A DNA stretch of 64,000 nucleotides from Protoeuglena noctilucae (Eukaryota), in the NCBI GenBank assembly GCA_958009085.1, contig OY253683.1:496001-560000 (forward strand), given 5' to 3'. Both the position numbers and the translations under genes were made by a program. The notes beneath the pieces are model-generated. The model searched no databases. It was not told the DNA's origin and saw only the letters and a list, made by a program, of their open reading frames with translations. Numbering within the stretch: the first letter of the stretch is position 1; each line of letters opens with the position of its first letter. This document shows positions 1 through 11,200 of the stretch, in pieces.

Positions 1-822
1 CTCCGTCGGGTCCATACACCAGGCACGTGTTGTACAGCCGCCCCTGCACGCACCGGCACGGCACGAGCACAGTTGTCACTCCTGCCTGGCAGCATGTCGT
101 CTTACCGGGCCGCGGACCTGCGTGGCGCACCTGACTTCGCTCTGGGATGGAGCCCCCGACCAGCGTGACTTTGTGTTCCCTCGCGAGCCGTGACATGGTC
201 TCCGCGGAAGGCGAGGGGCCCCCATCAACGTCCTCAGCGTATTCTGGAAAGCTGTCGTTCTGCGGGGCGGGGCACGGTCGCACCGTCGCGGCGAGGGGCA
301 GCCTGGACACATCAGCAGGGCGCATGGCCAAAAGAACGGATCGCGCGTCTGTGCGGGGCGCAGCGCACCGAGTACGGGCAGTTCCACATCTCCGGCAGCA
401 CGACGAGCTGCGCCCCCGCCCCAGCTGCCTCCCGCACGAAGCTGCTAGCACGGTTCATGTTGAGCTGCTTGTCGGGGCCGACCAGCATCTGGCAGAGGGC
501 TATCCTGACTTGCCGACCCTGCGGAGACAACGTACGGAACGAAAGGAACGGTCTCAGCCAGACGCTGCTCGGTCGGCGAGCGCGGGCGGCCCGCGGGCAT
601 GCCGGTTGCGCCGTGCCCCAGCCCCTCGCCGCGCCCTCTCACCTCGGGGGGGTCGTGGAAATCCGGCCGAAAGGACGCCATGCTGGCCTTGAAGCGAGCT
701 TCACCGGCCTGCGCGAGACCCCGCCGGAAGCGCGCGGTGCAGTTGGCAAGCGCCCGCCCTTCGAACCGTCCCCACGCGTGGCAGCGGCCGCGACGCGTTG
801 CCTGCAGGGTCGCGTGCTCCAT
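1..822 (-). CDS. NIT2: Omega-amidase / carbon-nitrogen hydrolase (NIT2/NLP3-like); 3' part runs off the window start
   Basis: Spliced exons read MASFRPDFHDPPE | GRQVRIALCQMLVGPDKQLNMNRASSFVREAAGAGAQLVVLPEMWNCPYS | NDSFPEYAEDVDGGPSPSAETMSRLAREHKVTLVGGSIPERSQ | ..GRLYNTCLVYGPDG. Nitrilase-family LPE motif present. Upstream in-frame ATG at 822 would add an Arg/Ala-rich presequence; alternative ATG near 681. Confidence 0.9.
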
Positions 823-1310
823 GTTTGCCCTCGAAGTCGACCAATCAATCAACGAATTCAGCAGTGCGGGCGCAGGGGACCGGTCAATGGGGTCGCCCTT
901 GCAGGGTGCCTCGGAACTGGGGGCCGCGCACCGAGGAATGGAGAAAGGCCGTCCGCACGAGCCCAGGACAGCTCATCTGTAACGAGCGCGCCCCCGATCG
1001 GGGACGTCCTCCCCCCCTCCCCCAACTGCTCGCGCTCAAGTCCACGTCAAAAGCCGGGTCCGCTGCCGAGGCGCCAGCCGGCCATGTCAGCGTTGCAGTG
1101 GGCAAGAAGTGGAGCTGGTTCTAGCGACGGGGGCTCGCCTCGCGCGGATGCGGCCACGAGTTCTGCCGCCAGAAACAGGGGGTTTCGTGCGTATGAAGCT
1201 TTCGGGCGCCGGCCAGGAGCTCCATGGTGACTATGTTGTTGCGCATCGCACCTGCCTGAGCGTGGAAGTGTCGCTGTCCTTCGTAATCGCTTGCGTAACG
1301 ACCAGGCGCG

Positions 1311-3444
1311 ATGACGGCCATCCGGCGCGTGCTGGCTCAGGGCCTCGCCGCCCAGAGCAGGGGTATCTTCGGTGAGGATTCGTGCCGTCGGATGGTGCAG
1401 TGCCGACGACCGCTGGCGCACCAACACCGAAACCCGTTGCCCGGGCCCGATGCCGAGCGATGCTGCCCTGCGTGCATCCCGACGGCATCTTTTGAAGTTT
1501 GTGGCACGCGTGCTGAGTGCTACGTGCCCAGCAAACGTCAGGAGCGGGTTCTCCATGCGCAGGGACGCCGGTGGCGATGGGCCTGTGGGACAAGACGCCC
1601 ATGGCTCCCCCCGACCCGATCCTGGGCGTGACCGAGGTACGCGGTGGCATGCATGCACCCGACAGACCGGCCGGCGCGGGATGGGCCCAGCGACGGGCCT
1701 TCTTGGCTCACGAGCGCGGCGCCTTCCGCTTACGCAGATGTGGAAGGCCGACGCGAACCCGCAAAAGATCAACCTGGGCGTGGGTGCATACCGTGACGAC
1801 GACGGCAAGCCCGTCGTGCTCAGCGTGGTGCGCAAGGCCGAGCAGATGATCTCGGGGAAGGAAAACATGGAGTATCTGCCGATGGGGGGCCTCAAGTCGA
1901 TGGTGGACGCCTCGGTGCGCCTGGCGTACGGGGAGAGCCACGAGGTCGTCAAGTCCAAGCGCGTGGCGGCCGTGCAGAGCCTGTCGGGCACCGGTGAGGC
2001 GCACCATGGCACGAGGGCAGTGCCCGTCATCGTCAAGAGGGGCTTGTTGCTTCTGCTGCCCCCTGCGTTTCAGTATCCTGCACACGCGCACGTGCGGTGC
2101 TGCGCCCGCAGGCGCCTGCCGCGTGTTTGGTGAGTTCCTGCAGCGCTTCCCCGCCCCGGGCCGCAAGGACATTTACATCCCCGACCCCACGTGGGGCAAC
2201 CACTGGACGATCTTCAAGGACGCGGGCCTCGAGGGCAAGAAGTACACGTACTACAAGCCCGAGACGCGTGGGCTGGACTTCGAGGGGCTGATGCGTTCGA
2301 TCGACCAGGCGCCGAACGGCTCGTTCTTCCTCCTCCACGCCTGCGCCCACAACCCCACGGGCGTGGACCCCACGGTGGAACAGTGGAAGCAGATTTCTCA
2401 GGCGTTCAAAGCCAAGAAGCACTTCGCCTTCTTCGACATGGCGTACCAGGGGTTTGCGTCGGGGGACTTCGAGCGCGACGCGGCGGCCATCAAGATCTTC
2501 CTCGACGACGGGCACCAGTTCGCGCTCGGGCAGGTGAGAGAAAGCATGCGCGTTTGGTGCCGCACAGCTTGTGTGGCATGTGCCGAGTGCGCTGTGCCGG
2601 TCGTCCTGCTATTTTGTGCCTGTCGCAACATGCTCAGGACTCGCTGCCCCTTGCAGTCTTACGCCAAGAACATGGGCCTGTACGGCCAGCGTGGCGGTGT
2701 CCTCTCGGTGGTCTGCCAGGACGCCGACGAGGCCCAGCGAGTCGAGTCCCAGCTCAAGCTGATCGGCCGTGCCATGTTCTCCAACCCCCCGCTGCACGCC
2801 GCCATGATCATCGACAAGGTGCTCAACGACTCCGCCCTGCGCCAGGAGTGGTACGGGGAGGTCAAGAAGATGGCGCACCGCATCATCGGTGAGGGCCACG
2901 ATGCCATGTGTTGACAGTATGCAGTGGTTGGCAGTGATGTGGTGGGCCACGGGCGACTTCGACCAACATTTATGCTGAAAGCATTATGTAAGGGACAGAG
3001 TTAAGCCTTGAAGGCTTGACCGCGATGGCGCCACTGAGGCTGGCCCCGTCGCTCCCTCGCAGACATGCGCAAGGCGCTTCGGGAGGCCCTGGAGGGCGAG
3101 GGCTCCAAGCTCAAGTGGAACCACATCACGGACCAGATCGGCATGTTCGCGTTCACGGGCCTGACGCCGGAGCAGGTCGACGTGCTGTACAAGGCGAGAG
3201 GGGCGGGGCACCGGCGCTTGCGTTGCGTGGGGCTGGCTTTCACTATCATGGAATGCCGTGTCTGTGTCCATGGTTAGATTATTGACATGGTGTCGCTCCT
3301 GAATGGCGAGGTAACAAAGCACGCGAGTCTGAGTGCCCGCAGAAGTCGATCTACCTCACCCGCAACGGCCGCATTTCCATGGCGGGCGTCAACACCAAGA
3401 ACGTCGGCCGCCTCGCCAAGGCGATCCACGAGGTGACCAAGTAA
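1311..3444 (+). CDS. Aspartate aminotransferase, probably mitochondrial
   Basis: Exons give [20 protein letters not shown] (mito-type presequence) ...[74 protein letters not shown] (PLP lysine), [23 protein letters not shown]...AIHEVTK*. Intron 3194-3342 is GC-AG. Confidence 0.96.
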
Positions 3445-3697
3445 GGGCCAGTTAACGTCGGACCGTGGTGCACGGAGGGTGGCTGCATAGACTGGGTGCA
3501 CCGGCAGGGCTCTACAAGGAGCTGTTGCTGTGACTCAGCACCTGCTCAAGAGGGCTGGCTGGCAGCTTCTCCATCGCGGCCCCTCCTGGCCCAGCAGCCG
3601 CGCCCTAGACTCGCACACAGCAAGTTTAAACTCCCTCAATCGCCAAAGCATCGTGCATGGCAGCCCTGGCACAAGGGGTCCCCCGCCACATAGGCGC

Positions 3698-6215
3698 TCA
3701 GATGATGCCCTGGCGCTTCAGGTCGTCGAACGTCTTCTTGTTGTAGACGTTGCCCTCCGCGTCCTCATACTCCTCGTCCAGCTGCATCGCAACGGACACG
3801 AACACATCGCTTCAGTCATGGCAAGGCGTAGCGACCACTTGGAACATCTAGCACGACGACTTGGACAGCCCACGACACCCCTACCGCAGCCCGCAGCGAC
3901 AGGCCCTCGACACAGTCGCACACCACCATCGCCGGTCGTCACCTCTGGCACGAACCCGCCCGTGTTGCGCTGCTTGAGCGTCTCCCACAGCGCCCTGGCC
4001 TCGGCGATGCTCGTGATTTCGTAAAACTCCTTGGACATCCGGATGCCGAGGGCCTTGAGGCCGTTGACGTGCGTCCACTCGTTGAAGTGCGTCTCAAACG
4101 CCCGCCGGCCCCAGTAGGACGCCTCGCCGCAGATCTGCGAGAGCGCAACGCGAGCGCCGTTTCACTTCCCAGCGCCGGCCGGGGACCCTCCGCAGCGCTT
4201 CTGCCAAAGCGTAGCTCCCGCACCTCGCACTTATACTCGATGTTGAGGCCGTGGAGCTTGTACAGCCACACCGGCAGGGGCTTGCCGTCCCAACCCAGCG
4301 GGATCTTCCACGGGTTGTAGATGTCGTCCTCCTTGTCGCTGTCTTCCTTCAGCTCAACCTCCACCGCCCGCTGCTCGTCCTCCCGCTCCCTCTCCAGCTC
4401 CTCAAACGTCTGGACCTGCTTCTTCTCCGCGTAGTGCACCGTCGCCTCCAGCACGTTCGCCATCACCTCGCACAGCTTCATGGCCTTGACCTCCAGCAGC
4501 GCCGTCGCTCGGCAACGCGTCTCGCGCTTGGCCGCCTGTGCGGCCGTCAGCGCCGCGGCGGGCTCCCGGCCCTTCTGGAACAGGTTCTTCGGGAGCTCAG
4601 AAAGCGCGTGGCCGCGCGTCATCCACAGCCGCTCCGCCCGCTGCTCGACTGCGCGCAGGGGATGGTCCACACGCGTCGCACCGCGCCAGCCCCGGCGCCC
4701 ACCATGGCCCAGGCCGCGCCACCCGCGCCCTCACCCGTGCCCCCCGTCTTCAACCCCAAACGGTCTAGCGCCTCCTTGAGGCTCTCCGGCCCCAGCGCCA
4801 GCAGATCGCCCACACCCTCCAAGGAGTCGACATCCACCAAGGGCTCCACCTCGTCCCCCGCCACCCCCGCACCCCGGTCCTCCCACCCGTCCACCTCCCC
4901 CGCGTCCCACTGCCGCCCGAACTCCTCCTCCAGCTTGCGGTAGTTGCGCTCTGCGAGGACGGGCGCACGTGAAGGGTCATCATCATGGCACAGCGGTGTG
5001 AAATCCAAAGCAGGATCGCATCGCTGCACGCAGCTGATGACAGGAATATGTGCAATAGCAGTGCGCTGCGTGGGCGAGATGCGCACCCGCGTTCACGAGT
5101 GGCTGGGTGCGGGCGTAGAAGCTCTCCAGGTACGAGACCAGCTGTCGTAGGTAGCCGGCGTATGCGTCGGACATCTTCAGGCGGCGCGGGATGGCGGAGA
5201 AGTCGGAGAGGTCCTGTACGTACGTCGTGTAGTCGCACGCGCGGCCGAAGGGGGCGTTCTGGAACTGCAAGTGGAGGTCGTGGAGGTCGAAGGAACGGCC
5301 CCACCGCTCCTCTCCCGTGAACTCCACGCGGGGCTCCGTGATCAGCGTCAGGGGGTCGATGTCCCCGCCCTCGGAGAACTGCGGCGGCAGGGGAACGATC
5401 GCAGTGAGGCGATGGGAGGCACAGGGCACAGCTCGCCAGGGCCCCCAGGGCCATCGCAAGCCCCCGAGCTCTCGCACCTCGTACGTCGGGTGCCGCCGGT
5501 AGTAGTCCTGCACCTCGCGGAACAAGGACATGAACTTGGTCATGCGCTGCGCCGGCGTGACCCCGCTCAGGCTGGCCGCCTCGTCGCGACGTCCCCGGTC
5601 CTCGTCCGCGTAAATGCGGCGGAGCTTCGCCGAACGCTCCTGCGAGAGAGGCGCGGGATTTAGATAAAGTGTCCACCATGTCGGTGTGGGACGAAGGCGG
5701 GGTCGGCGCCAGCGCTCCGTGCCCATCCCCGCCGCACCTGCATGGCGTCCAGCAGCCCCCGGATCCGATGGTTCTGTAACAGCCGATCCTTGTGGCCCTC
5801 GGGCTCGTTCTTGAACTCGTCCACGATCTTGCGCTCCATCCGCTCCAAATCCTCGTGGAGGGCTGCGCGGAGAGGGGCCCAAACGCACGTCGGACATCAG
5901 GACCGCCCAAGCCGCGCCTCAGCGACGCCCACAAGCGATCTTGGCGTCCAGATCCACGAACATAGACACTGTAAGCCTCTCCGGAAACCAGAAAGTGACA
6001 AGGACGCCGCAGGAACGCATGAGTGCGACGGCTCGATGCCGAGCCCCTTCCCGTACCCCGTCCGCCCCCTCCGCGCGGCGATGGGGGCGCGGAGCGTGCA
6101 TCGCGACTGTAACATGCCACCTCGTCAGCATTCGGTCGATCCCTGGATCCAGGATGGTTAAGGAAGTGACGTAACGCGACCCACCTCGCGTCTGCTCAAG
6201 CAGCGTGTCCGCCAT
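3698..6215 (-). CDS. SF3A3: Splicing factor 3A subunit 3 (SAP61/Prp9)
   Basis: MADTLLEQTR|ALHEDLERMER..., FTGEERWGRSFDLHDLH, SAP-like LGPESLKEALDRLGLKTGG, IYNPWKIPLGWDGKPLPVWLYKLHGLNIEYKCE|ICG..YWGRRAFETHFNEW, C-terminal EEYEDAEGNVYNKKTFDDLKRQGII*. Confidence 0.96.
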
Positions 6216-6611
6216 GGTCCCAAACCGAACCCCCCCGCGCCCTGAGAGGGCTCTACACACGAAAGTTCCCTGCCAGGGCAGATGAAGCCAAGCAGTGGCC
6301 GAGAAGAGGCAAAATAAGCCCTGCAAAGAGCAGGCCGACGTGCGAGGGTCTGGGAGCTCGGCGACCGCTTGTGAGTGGTGAATGGATGCGTTTTGTGTGG
6401 CGATGGGGCACGTTCCTGGCCCAAACGAGTCCAAAACGCGCTGAGTCATGGCGGCTGTCAGGCACGAACGAGCGTCGGGCCTTCTCGCCATGCCGTGCTA
6501 CGGATATACATTACTACCTCGGTGGCTTCGCCTGTGCGTTTGTCGTTGACGCACAAAGCCTTCCCGCCGATCTTGCGCACCAGCGCGCCCTAGCTGGTCC
6601 TTCCAGCCATC

Positions 6612-7935
6612 ATGGCTGCCATGAAGGTGGGTGCAGCGCCGAGGAGCTTTCTTTGGCCAGCTCGAGGTGTTCTGGGCCCGTGTGCGCTTGCCCTGATGCG
6701 TGGGCCCTCCTGCGCTCTCACGACGCGGCTCGGCATGCTTTTTGCCACGTCGGTTTACATCGATGGTCAGGCACTGCGAGGGTGCCCGAGAAGGTCACGG
6801 CGTGGCCCCGAGAGGCCGCGCACAGAGCAAGATGCTCCGTCATCCACGGGACCCTCCTCGGCCAGCGCGTGGCTCGGGCCAATTGCCGGGCTGGCATGTC
6901 GCGCGTTTCCAAATGCCGCGCATGCGTGACCTGGGCCGCCCATCGCGGGCCTCCGGACGGCGAATTGGCCTGCCACGCGCCATGCAGGTCGTCGCGACCT
7001 GGAAGAGTCCGTATGCGCCGGAGTCCAGCCCGAATCCCAAGCCCGGCGGCAAGGCACCGAGCCGGGTCACGAAGCGGAAGCCTGGGGCGGACTATTGGAA
7101 GTACAGCGCGGACGGTGAGCATGGGGAGCTGGGCACCAGCCCTGGGCGACGGTGCCTGTCGCAAAGTTCGTGCCGCTGATCGTCCGCTGCCCCCCTGGTT
7201 TGCAGCCAAGCCTTACGAGATCACGGCCAAGTCCCCGGCGGACAACTTCTCCTACGGCCTGCCCACGTACGGCGCAGGATCGCCGAAGAACACCAACCGG
7301 TGGGGTGCGCCAGGTTGCTAGCACAGCAGAGAAAGCCCCTGCCGGTTCAGAATGTGTATTGTAAGGCCCTCCTGCGCAGGGGGTTCAACCCGTTCGGCGG
7401 GGGCGGGTCGGGGCGCAGGGGCGGTGGCGGCGGCGGGGGCGGTGGTGGCGGCGGTGGTGGTGGCGACAGCTTCATGCGCGGGCCGACGAACGCCCTGGCG
7501 ATGGCGCTCATCGTCGCGGGCCTGGTCGGGTACTTGCGCGCCAAGTCCAAGATGTCTCTGCTGTTTGGGATGGGCGCCGGGTTCGCCCTCATGTTTGCTG
7601 GGACGATGATGGCGGACGTGGGCGTGAAGGTGAGTGGGAAGGAGGACATCACCCGCAAAGCAGGCGCCCATATGCGCAGTCGCACGCATGGGGTGCACGC
7701 CAACGCTTGCGCATCGCAGCCCCGCTCCAAGGGGTCTGAGTTGACGCACATGACATGCACTGACCCCCGCTGTCGGCCGCAGGTCGGGCCCTTGACGGCG
7801 CTGGTGGTGGTGGCGGGCCTGGGGTACAAGATGTACGTGCGTTACACTCAGACGAAGGCGGTCATGCCGGCGGGGGCGCTGGCAGGGGTCTGCGGGGTGT
7901 ACGCTTTGGGTTACTTGGTGACGCTGTTTGCCTAG
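6612..7935 (+). CDS. TMEM14/FAX-family membrane protein with N-terminal extension (probably plastid); 5' exons uncertain
   Basis: Poly-Gly linker followed by ALIVAGLVGYLRAKSKMSLLFGMGAGFALM...|VGPLTALVVVAGLGYKMYVRYTQTKAVMPAGALAGVCGVYALGYLVTLFA*, matching the TMEM14 GY.KAKS..SL.AG and RF..T.K.MPAG motifs. Confidence 0.8.
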
Positions 7936-8254
7936 GGCCTGGAGCGCCGGGTGTTGGCTCGGAGATGACTGGACTAGACCACGATTGGGCGTGCACGGAT
8001 TGAAACGGCTTGTGAACCAGAGACAGGGTTTGAGACCGCACGGGCTGAGTGTCCGTTAGGCCAGCCGGTTCCGGATCGTGAAGCGTCGCTTCAAAAGTGC
8101 TTTGCATGCAGGTGGTCGAGAGCGCTGTCCAGCATCACGCGCCGAGCTACGAAGACGGCGTGACGCGACGTATGCCCCGCTAGGTCACTGGTCACATGAG
8201 ACGCAAGAATGGGAACTGAAGGGATTTCTAAAGGTAGACATGCAGTGGCCGGAC

Positions 8255-11200
8255 TCAGCTACGGGTCGTCATGGCGTTCTCCGTCACCACCGGGCCCAGG
8301 GCCAGCCAGTACAGGTCTGCGTGGGAGGTCGAGAGATGCGGGTGATCAGCAGGGTGCTAGCATCCAATGCTAGCACTCTGCAGTCAGCCTTTGACACTCT
8401 ACAGATACTGTGCCAGGCATGTATGGACGGCATCTCACCCACAATCGTGTACTGGACGTAGTAGATGGTCCCAGATTTCATCGCAGTCGGCGACCCTGGG
8501 ATCGTGTTGGCGGGGCATCCCTGCAGGGTCACCGCCGGCTGCTGCACCCCGACCTGGGACGCCGTCACGACGTACTTGCCGTTGGAAATCAGGATGCCGT
8601 TCACTGCAGGTGCAAGGAAGAGGGGCGTCACGTCAACAAGTGGCGCGAGTGCAGCTGTCGATCGCAAACCCCTTCACCCACGCGCGCATTGCATGTCGCA
8701 TTGCCGTGCACAAGGCAACCCCGCCTCCCTCGTCTCGCTCGCCTGTGGTGGATCCCGAGCCCCCGATGATTTGGATGGGGTCGCCGGTGGAGCTGAACTC
8801 GTACATCTGGTACGCCACCAGGCCCGGGCGGTCGGTGGTGATGAAGAAGTCGAAGTGGTCGACGTACGAGACGAGGAGGTTGGCGGAGGGAGTGGTCATC
8901 TGCGGGTGGGGGACAGCGGGGGCGGTGCGGTTGCGAGGGGTGCTGTGGGCGGCGACATGGCTTGCGGGGAGCGGCAGGAAGCTGCCGGGACTGGGCACTG
9001 GCACTCTGCTTCAGTATTATTGCAGCAAGGGCACTACCGAAAGCGAGGGGCGCAGAATGGGCGCAGGCCGCATGCCACACGGCACTCACGTTGGGCGTCA
9101 GTCCGGTCATGTCCAGCTTGAAGGTGAAGGCCAGGGGTTTGCCCTTGGCCTGCGCGACCGTCATGATGTCCGGCGCCGTGTTGATGACCTGCGTGCCGCC
9201 CTGCGTGAGCGTGGACGCCCACGCGACCCACGCGCCCGACTGGACGTTGGCGGTGTCGCCCCCCGCCGCCGCGCCCTGCTTGCAGTCCCGGGACACCGTG
9301 TACCCCGTCGGGATGGCCGTGGAGGACACGGGCGTGCAGTGGTCATCGTATCCGTTGAACGTGTAGTCGATGCCGTTGGTGGCGCCCACGTTGTCCGACG
9401 CGACGGCGTAGACCGTGAAGGTGGCGCAGGGGGACGGGGTCCCGGACGTGAAGCACTGCGTCGTCTGGGTCGTGGGGATGGGCGCCCGGCTGAAGACGCC
9501 CGTCAGCGACGGCGTGGCCTTGGCGGAGGTGTCCGTGTAGTACGACCCATCGGCAGGCGCGGACACGGCGGTGGCCGTGACGGCCCCCGGCTGGTTGGCG
9601 CTCTGCGTGGCGGGCACCAGCGGGTCGCACTGGTTCCAGCACGTCAGGGACTGCCCCTGGACGCACACGCTGGCGTTGGCCTGGACCTGCGCCACCGTCG
9701 GCTGCAGCCCGCAGCCGCAGTTGCGGAACACCACGTACTGGATGTTGGAGGGCTTGTCAGTGTCGAACTCGATGGAGAACTGCAGCGTGTTGGACAGCAG
9801 CTGCGACGACGTCGGCACCAGCGTCCCGGTCGTGCCTGTGGTCAGCCGCACCCCCGTGAAGCCCGGCGGGGTCACGTCGCGCGTGCGGACGCCCTGCAGC
9901 GCCGCGGAGACGCCCGAGCCCGCCTGGATGTAGATGAAGACGTCGTAGACGCGCGCGGGCGTCAGGCCCGTGATGGTGAAGCTCGGCTGCGGGGTGGCGG
10001 TCGTGGGGCTGTAGGTGGCGGTGCCAGCCACGTAGACAAGTGTCGCGGGCAGGAGCGAGGGGTTCTGGAACTGCGTGACGGTCGGCACCGCGACTGGGCC
10101 GTCGTTGATCTCCGTGCGGTTAGGAATGCGGATCGGGCGCAGGACGGCCACGTAGCTGAGGGCGTAGCTGGCGTTGAGGGGCACGATGGCGCCGGGCGTG
10201 ATGGTCATGGAGGGGCCGGCGATGGCCGTGGCCGTGGGGAAGCCGGGGGAGAAGGACAGGATGTTCGGGATGGTCAGCTGTGTGTAGGGCGTCCAGGACA
10301 GCATGCCCATCACCGTGCCCAAGTACGTGGGGCGGTCGGTGGCGCCGTAGTAGGGGAAGAACCCCAGGGCGGTGTCTGTCGCGAAGGGCTGCCCCAGGGT
10401 GCTGAAGCGCTCCACGCGCACCGCCACCTGCATGGTGCCCGTCGACAGCGGCTGGATGGACTGCGCCGTCGAGGTGCTGCCCACCATGCGCACCACGAAC
10501 TGCCCGGCCGTGCCCGCGTACGACGCCGTGGCGACGTAGTACCCCGACTTGCGGGCGATCGAGAGGAGCGTGCCCGTCGAGTCGACGAACAGCGCGTCCT
10601 GGGTGATGCTGATCTCCATCGTCACTTGGTACTGCGCCGGCGCGCCCCCGGCAGTCGGGTCGCCCAGCGGGGTGCCATCCGCCGCCACCAGGGATGCCGT
10701 GACATGGACCTGGAGCGTGGAGGGGTCCGGCGTCAGGGACAGGCCCTGGAAGAAGTACTGCTTGCCGCCCTGGATGGACTGCAGGAGCACCAGGCTGTCG
10801 TCCCCGCCGGGCCGGAGCAGGGCCAGCTGGGCACTCGTGCGGCCACCGCCCGTGACGAAGGCCGTGCCGTCCGTGCGGGGCAGGTACAGCGAGTCTGTGG
10901 TGGCCAGGCTGCTGAAGTAGGCCATCGTGGCGTCGAGGGACTGCAGCTGGTGCACTGTCAGGCCTGAGACGGGGGAGCCAGTGTAGTCCAGGGTGGATGT
11001 GACGCCCTTGGCGGCACGGCTCGCTGCGGCCAGCACGGCCACCTCCTGCAGGTAGGTTTGGCGGTACCCGGACCCGGCCACTGCGAGAGGAAGAAGGAGA
11101 ATGGGTCTGTCTCAGTAACACGCCTGTCTTAGCAACGCGCCTCTCATGCAACCATCTCATGCGCAACCACCTTGCTCCAGAGCTTGCCGACACGAAATGC

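Noticed and set aside
2930..3040. Possible intronic box C/D snoRNA in an AT-richer AspAT intron (GTGATGT...CTGA...CTGA, small AAGCCT/AGGCTT hairpin)
   Set aside because: Box C is imperfect, the terminal stem is unconvincing and I recognise no rRNA-complementary guide; would need snoscan/Infernal.
7418..7465. GGC/GGT microsatellite
   Set aside because: Encodes the poly-Gly linker typical of plastid envelope proteins such as FAX; not a separate element.
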